A DNA stretch of 64,000 nt, from NCBI GenBank assembly GCA_963777605.1, contig CAVZRV010000007.1, forward strand, positions 320,001 to 384,000, written 5' to 3'. How positions within the stretch are numbered: position 1 is the stretch's first letter; the number at the start of each line of letters is the position of its first letter. Below the pieces are notes generated by a model, which was not told the DNA's origin, searched no databases, and was given only the letters and a program-made list of their open reading frames with translations. Below, one piece after another: positions 48,832-58,287 of this stretch. Source of the DNA: an uncultured Acidobacteriota bacterium (GTDB lineage Bacteria > Acidobacteriota > UBA6911 > RPQK01 > JAPXNP01). The position numbers and the translations under genes were made by a program.

Positions 48832-50568
48832 TCATCGAGCCCGCTCCAATGGTTCGATGACCGGCTTTCGCCCCTCCTCCACCAGATAGTGCCGATTAAC
48901 GTCCAGGTTCTCAAACTCCTGTTCCCGGCCGCTCGGCCAACGAACGTGGAGCCTGGTCACCTTCTTAGCCACGCCCAAGCCAAAATGGGCCCTGGGATCG
49001 CTGCCGGAGTAAATCGAACCGGCACTCTTGACTTCCCACCACTGTCGCATTCCGCCGGCCTCGACTTCGATTCGTGTCCCGTACCCGTCACGGTTGCTCC
49101 GGGTTCCGACCGCCCGCACCATGATCCAGTTATTGGCGTCTCTCCGGTCGGTTCGAAACAGGACCGGCTTCCCGTTCAGGTTCACCACCAAGAAGTCAAA
49201 GTCTCCATCGTTATCGTAATCCGCGAAGGCGACACCACGGCCCAGGACGGGCTTCTGAAAATCCTCCCCTACCATCCGGGCAGCGTTCATGAAAGTGCCG
49301 TCTCCCCGGTTGGCGTAGAAGCTCATCGGCTCGTCGAATTTCTCGTCGAGACCCGCGTCGATCAGGTAGGGGTAGACGTGCCCGTTCGAATGAACAATGT
49401 CCTTCCAGCCGTCGTTGTTGAAATCAATCAACTTCACACCCCAGCCGACCAGTCCGATCTCGGCCTGAAGAAGCTGGGCCCGGGCCGTGATATCGCGAAA
49501 CTGCAGTTCGCCTTCATTCCGGTAGAGTGTGCTGTAATCATCGGCGAAGTGGGTGAGGTAGACATCGAGCAGGCCGTCGTTGTCGAAGTCTGCGGCGTCC
49601 ATACCCATGCTGGCCTGCTCGCGGCCTTCTGCGTTGACCGCCAACCCACTGAGGAGACCGTCTTCCACGAAATGTCCGTCTCCCTGATTGACGTACAGTA
49701 GATTCGGAGTCACGTCGTTCCCGACATAGAGATCCTGATCGCCGTCGTTGTCCAGATCCGCCCACATCACGCCCAATGAATAAAAGCGCTGGGAATCTGC
49801 CGCGCCGACTTCTTCGGAGGCCTCAGTAAATGTCCCGTCCCCGTTGTTTCGATACAGACTGTTCCTGGCTCCCGGCAAACCGGTCGGACCGCAAAGGACA
49901 ACCGCCTCCCGGTGACGGCAGACCTTCGGAGGAAGCGCGTCGAAATTGATGTAAAGGTAGTTGGCCACGTAGAGGTCGAGATCCCCGTCACCGTCGCAGT
50001 CCCCGAAAGCAGCCGAGGTACTCCAGCTCGGATCGCCTACGCCGGCGACGTCGGTAACCTCCTCAAATGTCCCGTCACCGTTGTTCCGAAAGAGCTGATT
50101 TGGCCCGAGCCGGGTGATGTAGACATCAGGATCGCCGTCGTTGTCATAGTCGCCGAAGGCCACTCCCATCCCCCATCCTTCGGAGATGAGACGCGACTTC
50201 TCGGTCACATCCTCGAAAGTGCCATCGTGCCGGTTCCGATAGAGGGCTCCTCGCGGGTTCTTCCCGGAGCGGTATCGTTCAACAGTCGATCCCTGCACGA
50301 GAAATAGATCGGGCCAGCCATCTCTGTCGTAGTCGAAAAAACCGGCACCGCCACCCTTGGTTTCAGGGATGAAGTTCTTGACCGTTCGCTCGCCGTTGAT
50401 CTGTTCGAATGTGATCCCCGAAGTGCCGCTCACATCGGTGAACCGGGGAAGCGAGTTCCGCAGGGACTCGTCCGAGGCTCCCAGCAGTACCGGCGACAAA
50501 GCCACTATAGACACCAGCACAGGCAACAGCCGGCAAAATCCTAACCTGTCTGGCAACAGTGATCGCAC
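48832..50568 (-). CDS. CRTAC1 family protein (FG-GAP repeats plus ASPIC/UnbV)
   Basis: Repeated DYDNDGDxD motifs, NNGDGTF, SNRDG.G, HFGLG, VRWPSG. Confidence 0.92.
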   Translation of the reverse strand: MRSLLPDRLGFCRLLPVLVSIVALSPVLLGASDESLRNSLPRFTDVSGTSGITFEQINGERTVKNFIPETKGGGAGFFDYDRDGWPDLFLVQGSTVERYRSGKNPRGALYRNRHDGTFEDVTEKSRLISEGWGMGVAFGDYDNDGDPDVYITRLGPNQLFRNNGDGTFEEVTDVAGVGDPSWSTSAAFGDCDGDGDLDLYVANYLYINFDALPPKVCRHREAVVLCGPTGLPGARNSLYRNNGDGTFTEASEEVGAADSQRFYSLGVMWADLDNDGDQDLYVGNDVTPNLLYVNQGDGHFVEDGLLSGLAVNAEGREQASMGMDAADFDNDGLLDVYLTHFADDYSTLYRNEGELQFRDITARAQLLQAEIGLVGWGVKLIDFNNDGWKDIVHSNGHVYPYLIDAGLDEKFDEPMSFYANRGDGTFMNAARMVGEDFQKPVLGRGVAFADYDNDGDFDFLVVNLNGKPVLFRTDRRDANNWIMVRAVGTRSNRDGYGTRIEVEAGGMRQWWEVKSAGSIYSGSDPRAHFGLGVAKKVTRLHVRWPSGREQEFENLDVNRHYLVEEGRKPVIEPLERAR

Positions 50569-50614
50569 GTCACCCTCGTCTGTAGAGGACTGGAAAGAAA
50601 TGACAACGGGAAAT

Positions 50615-52729
50615 TCAGGCCCGCCGCCTGCGGGCGGCCAATTTCTCGTGTGTCAGCACCTCGATAATCCGACCGCTGCCGGGCCGGGAAAGGTCCAGCC
50701 GGCGCTCTTCACGTTCCTCAGTCCCATCCTTCCTGAGTTCCACCTGGACAACCGGTCGAGAGAGATTCTTGGGATGGATTCCAACCACCCGGACGACCTC
50801 TCCGGAACTGAGCAACAGTATCTCATTAAACGGGAACAAGCTTACTGTCAGGGCAAGAGCGCGAACAACGGCCTGGTCGAATTCCCCGTCCCGGGACAGT
50901 TCGTAGAGAGCCTGGTAACCGGTCATGGGGTTTCGATAGGGGCGCGGATGGATGCAGGCTTCGAAGAAGTCAACCACACCGATCAGTTTGGCCTCCGGGC
51001 GAATCTGCTCTGATTTCAGCCCGAGCGGGTGACCGAGTCCATTTTCCCGCTCGAACACCTGGCCGACGATTTCGCTGACGACACCAAACTCCCCCTGGAG
51101 AACACGGGCAGAAAAGAGGGGCCGCTTGCGAAGAGTCTTCAACTCCGCCTCAGTCAGGGGAGTTTCCTTGAACACCAGCTTTTCGGGGAGCTTTACCACC
51201 CCGATCTCGTGGAACAACGCGGCCAGGCCGACCCGCTGCTGAAACTCACGGCTCCGCTGGCGGATCTGGGCAACTCGAATTGCCAGCACCGCCACGTTAA
51301 CGCTGTGGCTGCTAACCGCGAAACTTCGCTCCCGGTCGGCTGACTGGATGATCAACTGGTCCGAGGCTCCAGGCAGTTCGATCAGCCGGTCTACGAGTGC
51401 TTCAGCCCGTGCCAAGTACGGGACCCCACCGACCGCCGCCCTTCTGATCGAGCGAAGCACGAAATCCTGTGCCTCCTCATAAAGTGAATCGAATCGGCCC
51501 ACGTGTTCGGTTTCATCGAGGAAAGCAGACAGAAACGACTGGCGGGCAAAACTCGTGAATTCCTCTGCCTTGATCTTGTTTCCCGCTGGTTCAGCCAGAT
51601 CGACACCGAGCCGGGTGAGCAGTTCCGAGTCAAATTCCAAAGCCGTTTCAGGTTCTGCGACCGGAATATCTTCGGTCGTGTCCTGAGCCCAAACAGGCAG
51701 TGAGGTCGGCACAGCTTTCGACGAGTCTCCTCGTCCATCCGGTGCGACCGGTTCAACCTCTCGCTTGCCCAGACGGCGAAACTCGGAGCGGTACTGTTCC
51801 AGGGCTTCAAGGGCACTCGTGCGATCGAGTTCGACGACTTCGTCTTCTTCTTTAGCTGCCATCGCTACCATCCCGGTTGAGACGGGGGACACTTTCTTCG
51901 GCGCCGGGCCGCTCCGCTGAGGATGGAAATCGAGCAGGGAACCGCACTCGAGCGAACGCGCGGCGGCCACCTTCTCTTCCACCTCCAGTTCAGGCAGGTC
52001 AGCATCCGCCAGCGCCGCGGAGAGCCTCAGCCTTCGCTCAACCTGACTGAGGCAATCGGTAAACTCCGACATCAACTTTCGCATCCGTCCAAGCGACTCG
52101 CCCACCGCCTCCGGCGCTTCTTCCTCGGACGGCTCCTCACTTTTCGCGGCAAGCGTCTCCGCCTCTGCTACAACCTTGCGCAACGACTCCACCGCCCTCT
52201 CCTGCCTTTCCCCTGTCTTGCCGCGCTGGCGGGCCAGGTTCAGAAGGCCGATAACACGACTTTCAAACTCGGGAACCGAAATGGGCTTCTGGATGTAGTC
52301 GTTTGCGTAGGTTTCGTGGCCGATAAGCCGATCCGGGGTCTCCCCTCCCTCAACAAAGAACATGCAGGGGATGCTCTCGGTCGATTTATCCTCCCGCAGC
52401 TTCTGAACCAGCATGTAGCCGTCCATTTGCGGGAGATGCAATGAAACCAGAACCAACACCGGTCGATGCTTTCGGACGAGGGTCAGGGCCGACTTGCCGT
52501 CCTGCGCCGTGAGAACGTTGAAATTGAGATTCCTGAGGATTGAAGCCACATGGTCCAAGTCCGAAGGATTGGCCTCCGCGACAACGACCTCTCCCAGATC
52601 CTGCTTGTTCGTACGTCCCCCTCTCTCCCAGGATGACCCTGAGACCTCTCCATACCGGCGAAGCAGGAAACTATTCGTAAAGCTCATATCCAGGAAATCA
52701 AACGACGTATTTAAATACGTCCCCATCAA
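50615..52729 (-). CDS. pseudo-receiver plus degenerate HD-GYP-like domain protein (start uncertain)
   Basis: REC-like ..LPQMDGY..DYIQKP; HSVNVA, ALFHEIG, ERENGLGHPLGL, RPYR. Confidence 0.78.
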   Translation of the reverse strand: MMGTYLNTSFDFLDMSFTNSFLLRRYGEVSGSSWERGGRTNKQDLGEVVVAEANPSDLDHVASILRNLNFNVLTAQDGKSALTLVRKHRPVLVLVSLHLPQMDGYMLVQKLREDKSTESIPCMFFVEGGETPDRLIGHETYANDYIQKPISVPEFESRVIGLLNLARQRGKTGERQERAVESLRKVVAEAETLAAKSEEPSEEEAPEAVGESLGRMRKLMSEFTDCLSQVERRLRLSAALADADLPELEVEEKVAAARSLECGSLLDFHPQRSGPAPKKVSPVSTGMVAMAAKEEDEVVELDRTSALEALEQYRSEFRRLGKREVEPVAPDGRGDSSKAVPTSLPVWAQDTTEDIPVAEPETALEFDSELLTRLGVDLAEPAGNKIKAEEFTSFARQSFLSAFLDETEHVGRFDSLYEEAQDFVLRSIRRAAVGGVPYLARAEALVDRLIELPGASDQLIIQSADRERSFAVSSHSVNVAVLAIRVAQIRQRSREFQQRVGLAALFHEIGVVKLPEKLVFKETPLTEAELKTLRKRPLFSARVLQGEFGVVSEIVGQVFERENGLGHPLGLKSEQIRPEAKLIGVVDFFEACIHPRPYRNPMTGYQALYELSRDGEFDQAVVRALALTVSLFPFNEILLLSSGEVVRVVGIHPKNLSRPVVQVELRKDGTEEREERRLDLSRPGSGRIIEVLTHEKLAARRRRA

Positions 52730-53483
52730 CGATCTTCATCTCGCGATTTGCCGATTCCAACAAACAAAGATCCGCCAGGTTGTTTATCCGGCGAGGCACG
52801 CCATTGGAAATCTTGTGAACCAGGTAGAGGGCCTCCTCGGTGAACAGTTCCCGTTTGCAGCCCGCAATTTTGAGGCGGTGCCGGACATAGGAGGCACTGT
52901 TCTGATGATCAAACCGGTGCAGATGCCATTTCACCGCGATTCTCTGATCAAGTTGGGGGTACAACATGATTTTCTCGCGAAGCTCAGGCTGCCCAACCAG
53001 AAGAACGTTAATCAAAAAGCGGTCTTCCAGCTGGATGTTCAAAATCAGCCGAAGTTCCTCAAAAACTTGGGGATCATCAATAATTTGGGCCTCATCGATA
53101 ATGAGTAAATTGATCCTTCCTCCCGTCACATTGTCGAAGAAAAACTGCGATAGATCCCGAAAGATTTCGATCCTTGGACGCTCTCCCGGATCCCGCCCAA
53201 ACTGGTGCGCCACCTCTCTCAAAAAGGTGGTCCGGTCGAAAAATGGATAATTGATAAGCGCGATTTCGTAATTGCTGAGGTCCAGCGAACTGATCAGGGT
53301 CCTGACCAGCACCGTCTTGCCACAGCCGTACTCGCCGCTGAGCATGGCGCAACCCTTCTCATTGTGAACGGCGTATTGCAGACGCGATAATCCCTCACGG
53401 TGGTTCTCGGAAGGGTAGAGAAACCGCCGATCAGGGGTGTTCTCAAAGGGCTTGTCGTTCAGATCCCAATATTCCAAATACAT
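52698..53483 (-). CDS. ExeA/GspA-like AAA ATPase
   Basis: MYLEYW.L..KPF..TPD, GEYGCGKT, IIDEAQ, LVGQPEL, GVPRRIN. Confidence 0.9.
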   Translation of the reverse strand: MYLEYWDLNDKPFENTPDRRFLYPSENHREGLSRLQYAVHNEKGCAMLSGEYGCGKTVLVRTLISSLDLSNYEIALINYPFFDRTTFLREVAHQFGRDPGERPRIEIFRDLSQFFFDNVTGGRINLLIIDEAQIIDDPQVFEELRLILNIQLEDRFLINVLLVGQPELREKIMLYPQLDQRIAVKWHLHRFDHQNSASYVRHRLKIAGCKRELFTEEALYLVHKISNGVPRRINNLADLCLLESANREMKIVDGDVFKYVV

Positions 53484-53689
53484 CCGGCCCACTCCTGCCT
53501 GGATCCTCAGAAAATGGCCACTGCAGAGTCACACATTGCGCAACCGCAGTTATAGCACAGGCTTCTGTAAATCCATCTTTAAATGAAGAATGGGCTTCCT
53601 GGGCACCGCAGTCAACGCAAAATCCGGCGGGAAATTGTCCATCCATGGATCTCTTCCGCTACATCCTGAAGGCCGGCCTGAAACTCCGA

Positions 53690-54415
53690 TCAGTTACCGA
53701 CCCGCTTCACTTTTCCATCTCTGGTCAAGATGAAACCCTCCGGGAGCGATTCCTCAACTGCCGGACGGAATCCGCGTACACTCCACCCGTTCTCCATGAA
53801 AAATTCCAGGATCTGGTTCCGAACCCTGGGACGGTCTTCCGACCCGAGATAACATTCGAGGACGGCTTCCCTAGCCTCCTCTTCAGGACGACCCATCAGG
53901 TACTGTATCGCCGACAGTCGAACGTCGTCATCTTCGTCGTCAAGAAACTTGGCGACCGTCTCCTGGAGACTCGGAGAGGACAACTCGCCGAGCGCTCGCA
54001 ACAGTTGGGTCTTGGGTATCGGGCTGGCGGGGGGATTCTTCCAGAGAAACTCGAGAAGCGCCTGAAACTGCTCCGCCTGCTCTTCCGGACTCAAAATGTC
54101 CTGCAATGCCTTGGCCGGCCAGTAAACGAGCCTCTCGGTCTTGAGGTATTCCATCAAAGGCGGGATCGCCTCTTCTCCCAGCCCGACAAGCCAGCGGTGG
54201 ACCTGATGCTTCTCCTGCTCGTCCTGTACCGACGGGGAAACGCTGATAGTGTAGCGGTCCAGCAGTGCACGAATCGCGGGTTCCGTCCCCATCTCAAACA
54301 GGCGCTGGGCGGCATTCTGACGAACCGAGGCGTCGCCGTGCGGTTCCTTGACCTTCTTCCGCAAGCGTTCGATTTGTCGTTCAGGTGATCGTTGAAAAAG
54401 CGCCCATAAATCCAT
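53690..54415 (-). CDS. HEAT repeat domain protein
   Basis: VRQNAAQRL...AIRALL, LGEEAIPPL, LDDEDDDVRLSAI. Confidence 0.75.
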   Translation of the reverse strand: MDLWALFQRSPERQIERLRKKVKEPHGDASVRQNAAQRLFEMGTEPAIRALLDRYTISVSPSVQDEQEKHQVHRWLVGLGEEAIPPLMEYLKTERLVYWPAKALQDILSPEEQAEQFQALLEFLWKNPPASPIPKTQLLRALGELSSPSLQETVAKFLDDEDDDVRLSAIQYLMGRPEEEAREAVLECYLGSEDRPRVRNQILEFFMENGWSVRGFRPAVEESLPEGFILTRDGKVKRVGN

Positions 54416-54675
54416 TCAGGAGTCCTTGATCGATCTAGTCTCTCGAGTCGAAAATTGGCACACAGGTGCATGCAGATTTCCGACTCGCGACACTAGCCAA
54501 CTGTACACAGTTCACGCCAAATATTCAATCACTTTCGGGCTGTTCCACCCTCACGATCTTGATCGTTAAACATTATCAGCAAAAGAGTTGCAGCTCGTGT
54601 TTACACCTGATCATTTACAAGGAAATACACTCTCTGCACAGGCTTTCCGGGGCCTGAGAGAGATATCATAAACCT

Positions 54676-55659
54676 ATGAAAGCGATCGCGATCACGGAAC
54701 CCGGAGAGGCAAATGTCCTGCAAATGAGAACGTTTCCCGATCCTGAGCCCAAAAGGGGAGACCTATCCATCCAGGTCAAGGCAACCGGCATCAACCGGGC
54801 TGATCTCCTCCAAAGACGAGGGTTTTACCCCCCGCCGGCGGGTATCGAACCATCCATCCCGGGACTGGAGGTGGCCGGAATCGTAGACCGTTCGGAGGAT
54901 CCCAGTGGACGCTTCAAACCGGGTGACCGGGTAATGGCCCTCGTGGGTGGAGCAGGATATGCCGAGAAGATCTCGGTGCCTGCGGCGCACTGCCTCAAAA
55001 TCCCGGAGCTGCTCTCGTTTGCAGAGGCAGCGGCAATTCCAGAAGTCTTCCTGACCGCCTACGATGCATTGTTCAGACAGCTTGAGATTTCCCTCGGCGA
55101 GTCCCTCCTGATCCACGCTGTTGGCAGCGGTGTCGGGACTGCTGCGCTCCAGCTCGCCCGGGTTGCCGGAGTCCAGGTTGTCGGGACCAGCAGGAACTCC
55201 GGCAAGATCGAACGAGCCGGCCAACTCGGCCTGACCAAGGGAGTCACAACAAGCGATTCGGATTGGCCGGCGCGAGTCCGAGCGGCAACGCCGCAAGTGG
55301 GAGTCAACGCAATTCTGGACCTCGTCGGAGCCGCATATTGGAAAGAGAACCTGGATCTGCTGGCTCCCCTGGGCAGGATGATCATCGTCGGCCTGGTTTC
55401 GGGTTCGCGAGTTGATGCCGACCTTTCGACGCTCCTGCGCAAGCGGTTGCGTCTCCTCGGTACAGCCTTACGTTCCCGAACGGTCGAAGAGAAAGGCGAG
55501 CTGATCTCCGAGTTCGGCAACCGTTGCCTTCCCTTGTTCCAGTCTGGAACCATCCGACCGGTCCTGGACCAGGTTTTTCCATGGGACAAAGTTGTCGAGG
55601 CTCACGACTGCGTGGAGAGCAACCGAAACTTTGGAAAGATCGTTCTTGCCGTCGAGTAG
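54676..55659 (+). CDS. NAD(P)H-quinone oxidoreductase, PIG3 family
   Basis: GINRADLLQRRG.YPPP, PGLEVAG, IPEVFLTA, HAVGSGVGTAA, GKIVL. Confidence 0.92.
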   Translation: MKAIAITEPGEANVLQMRTFPDPEPKRGDLSIQVKATGINRADLLQRRGFYPPPAGIEPSIPGLEVAGIVDRSEDPSGRFKPGDRVMALVGGAGYAEKISVPAAHCLKIPELLSFAEAAAIPEVFLTAYDALFRQLEISLGESLLIHAVGSGVGTAALQLARVAGVQVVGTSRNSGKIERAGQLGLTKGVTTSDSDWPARVRAATPQVGVNAILDLVGAAYWKENLDLLAPLGRMIIVGLVSGSRVDADLSTLLRKRLRLLGTALRSRTVEEKGELISEFGNRCLPLFQSGTIRPVLDQVFPWDKVVEAHDCVESNRNFGKIVLAVE

Positions 55660-55700
55660 AACGGATACCGGGCCTCCACGTTTGCTATGATCCTTCGACG

Positions 55701-57110
55701 ATGTTGAATAGAGGAGATCTCATCGAGGTCACAATCGAATCGTCGGCTTTCGAGGGAACGACTGTTGCCCGGTTGGACGGCCTGGTGGTGTTCGTACCGT
55801 TTGGCGTGCCCGGAGACCGAGTTCAGGCCCGGATCGTCCGCAAGCGAAGAAAATATCTCGAAGCGGTGATCGAGTCCGTTCTCGAACCCTCTCCGCTCCG
55901 GCGCGAGCCGCGCTGCATCCATTTCGGGACGTGCGGGGGATGCCGGCTCCAGAACCTGGAGTACGATCGGCAACTGGAGTTCAAAGGCGAACAGGTTGGA
56001 TCTCTCCTGGAACGCATCGGCGGTCTAAGCAACCCTCCGCTGCTCCCGGTCCTGCCTTCGCCGCGGGAGTACCACTATCGGAACAAGATGGAGTTTTCCT
56101 TTGGGAACAGCCGCTGGCTGACCCGCGAGGAGATTGCCTCTCGGGAGGATCTGCAGCGGGACTTCGCCCTCGGGCTGCACGTCCCTGGTCGCTTCGACAA
56201 GATCCTGGATCTCCACGAGTGCTACCTTCAGGACGAGTTTTCCATCAATTTGGTCAATCGACTGCGGACACTTGCACTGGAGCGGGGTTGGGCGCCTTAC
56301 GACACCATTCATAACACCGGCTACCTGAGGAACCTGGTTATTCGCGTCGGTCAAAACACCAGTCAGGTCATGGTTGTGGTCGTAACCACGTCGCATGAGC
56401 CCGACCGGATGGCACGGATAGTCGAACTGATCAGGGAAGTCATCCCCTCGGTCACCACCGTCGTCAACAGTGTGAACAGTGGCCGGTCCCCGGTTGCCGC
56501 GGGAGAAGAGATCGTCTGCCTCGGCGAAGGCTTTATCCACGAACGGATCCGTGACCGACTCTTTCAGGTCACGCCGACCGCCTTTTTCCAGCCCAACACT
56601 CTCCAGGCCGAACGGCTGATGGGAACGATCCTGGACTACAGCACCTCGTCTGACTCCCGAGGTCTGATGTTCGATCTCTTTTGCGGACTCGGGACGATTG
56701 GACTCATCCTGGCCGATCACTTCGACCAGATCTTTGGTATTGAAAGCCACCCCGAATCGATTCGCCTGGCCCGAATCAACTCGCAACTCAACCAGGTCCG
56801 AAACGCCCATTTCGTGCAAGGCGACGCCGCCCAGGCGCTTCGGCCGGATTCACTTCGCCAGACCGGCGTACCGGACGTTCTCGTACTCGACCCCCCCCGG
56901 GCCGGGCTCCATCAGGATGTCGTCTCCGGTGTTCTGAAATGCGAACCACGCCGGATCGTCTACACGAGCTGCAACCCTGCGACTCTGGCCAGGGACCTCA
57001 AACTGCTCAGTGAAAGCTATGAGGTCGAAGCGGTCCAACCTATCGACATGTTTCCTCAGACCTATCACATTGAGTGCGTCACGGCACTGCGGTTGCGGAA
57101 GCAGCAATAG
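55701..57110 (+). CDS. rlmD: 23S rRNA (uracil-5)-methyltransferase, TrmA/RlmD family
   Basis: TRAM domain, C.HFGTCGGC, YRNKMEF, FFQPN, DPPRAG, SCNPATLARD, DMFPQT.HIE. Confidence 0.93.
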   Translation: MLNRGDLIEVTIESSAFEGTTVARLDGLVVFVPFGVPGDRVQARIVRKRRKYLEAVIESVLEPSPLRREPRCIHFGTCGGCRLQNLEYDRQLEFKGEQVGSLLERIGGLSNPPLLPVLPSPREYHYRNKMEFSFGNSRWLTREEIASREDLQRDFALGLHVPGRFDKILDLHECYLQDEFSINLVNRLRTLALERGWAPYDTIHNTGYLRNLVIRVGQNTSQVMVVVVTTSHEPDRMARIVELIREVIPSVTTVVNSVNSGRSPVAAGEEIVCLGEGFIHERIRDRLFQVTPTAFFQPNTLQAERLMGTILDYSTSSDSRGLMFDLFCGLGTIGLILADHFDQIFGIESHPESIRLARINSQLNQVRNAHFVQGDAAQALRPDSLRQTGVPDVLVLDPPRAGLHQDVVSGVLKCEPRRIVYTSCNPATLARDLKLLSESYEVEAVQPIDMFPQTYHIECVTALRLRKQQ

Positions 57111-57171
57111 GCAGGAAAGCAGGAATCCCAGGAGCACCCGTGAGTCGCAGAGCTGCGACGACAGCTGGGGT

Positions 57172-57732
57172 CTAAGGATTGAGCCAGGGCTTCAGCTCCT
57201 CTTCCAGCAATGCCTTGCTGTAGGCGGCTCCCTTTTTCAGGCCCCGGTTCTGAAGCCAGAACGTCGGTTCGGGAAGGTTGCTCTTCCACACCAGACCCGG
57301 CTTGTAGAAAACGAACATGTCCCAGGCTTCGAGCGTGGGAATTCCAAACTCTTCCGAATAGACCCGACTCCCGAACCTCCAGAGGTCCCAGAAGTGGACC
57401 GCCCGGCGATCGGGAAGATAAACCGACGCCCGCTGAGCCGTTGCCTGGCTGTCACTGTGCAGATAAGGCGCCCAGAGCAGGAACACCTGAATCGGGGCCG
57501 AGGGATACTTGATCAGAATTTCCTGAATTTCAGAACACGCCTGAAGACAGTGCCCTCAGGTCGGAGACATGACCGCAACCAGGCGAGGCTGATTCGAAGC
57601 TGCGTTGAAGGCATCCTTCAATCCCCGGGCGTCGAAAGCCAGCGGTGTGACCGGCAATTCCGCCAGATATTGTGCAGACAACACACTGAAAAGGCACGCC
57701 AGACTTACGAGAGAGATCAAGAACCTGCGCAT
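57172..57732 (-). CDS. exported thioredoxin-like probable selenoprotein (UxxC); in-frame TGA at 57556-57558
   Basis: MRRFLISLVSLACLFSVLSA...FNAASNQPRLVAVMSPT*GHCLQACSEIQ...VFLLW joins ORFs 57556..57933 and 57172..57486 in one frame; 186 aa. Confidence 0.82.
57529..57545 (-). promoter_or_regulatory. candidate bacterial SECIS element
   Basis: TTCAGG-CGTGT-TCTGAA hairpin starts 10 nt after the TGA; loop contains GT. Confidence 0.5.
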
Positions 57733-57775
57733 TATTTTAAACAAGGATACTGAATCTGGAAATTGCAGTTCAAGA

Positions 57776-57955
57776 TTCGTCGCCCCCTCGGAACTTCCAC
57801 GCGTGAAAGCGGTGGTGTACGACGCCGATCCCAACGCCTTCCTCGTCGTCAATCCAACCGAGGAGGTGCTTGGGGGCGGATTTGGGGATCTTCGTCCCAA
57901 GTGGAGAAAGAAGATGACGAAGAAGCCGGACAAAGACTCCGAGCGGTCCGAATGA
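57776..57955 (+). pseudogene. 3' remnant of a YitT-family gene (DUF2179-like C-terminus)
   Basis: FVAPSELPRVKAVVYDADPNAFLVVNPTEEVLGGGF resembles the DPxAF...EVxGxGF tail; no membrane domain upstream. Confidence 0.55.
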
Positions 57956-57978
57956 ACAAATTCTCCTCCCGTTTCGTA
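57954..57978 (+). promoter_or_regulatory. putative ECF-sigma promoter GAAC-N17-CGTA
   Basis: GAACAAATTCTCCTCCCGTTTCGTA upstream of the GGAGG SD and ATG 58009. Confidence 0.4.
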
Positions 57979-58008
57979 CAGATTAGTTAGAGAAACGGAG
58001 GAAATGGG

Positions 58009-58284
58009 ATGGGAGAACTGGCACTGCTCTTTGGCGTGATGGTTTTCGTCGGCATCGTAGTGGTTTTGGTCAAACTTGGCCTGCTTCTGGTATTCGTGCC
58101 ACTGAAGATCGGATTCGTACTTGTGAAACTGGTGCTGTTGATCGTTCTGGGACTACCGCTCATGGCAATCGGGCTTGCCTTGCTGGTCGCAGCGGTGCCG
58201 GTTGCCCTGGTCGCAGTTCCAGTCGTTGCTGTCCTGGCACTGCTCGCGCTGCCCTTCGTGCTGGTACTGAAGCTGGTCTTTTGA
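58009..58284 (+). CDS. small, extremely hydrophobic membrane protein
   Basis: SD GGAGG; 91 aa almost all L/V/A/F/I/G with sparse K and P. Confidence 0.65.
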   Translation: MGELALLFGVMVFVGIVVVLVKLGLLLVFVPLKIGFVLVKLVLLIVLGLPLMAIGLALLVAAVPVALVAVPVVAVLALLALPFVLVLKLVF

Positions 58285-58287
58285 AGA

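Noticed and set aside
54455-54471. Sigma-54 promoter TTGGCACACAGGTGCA
   Set aside because: GG-to-GC spacing is 9 nt rather than the required 10.
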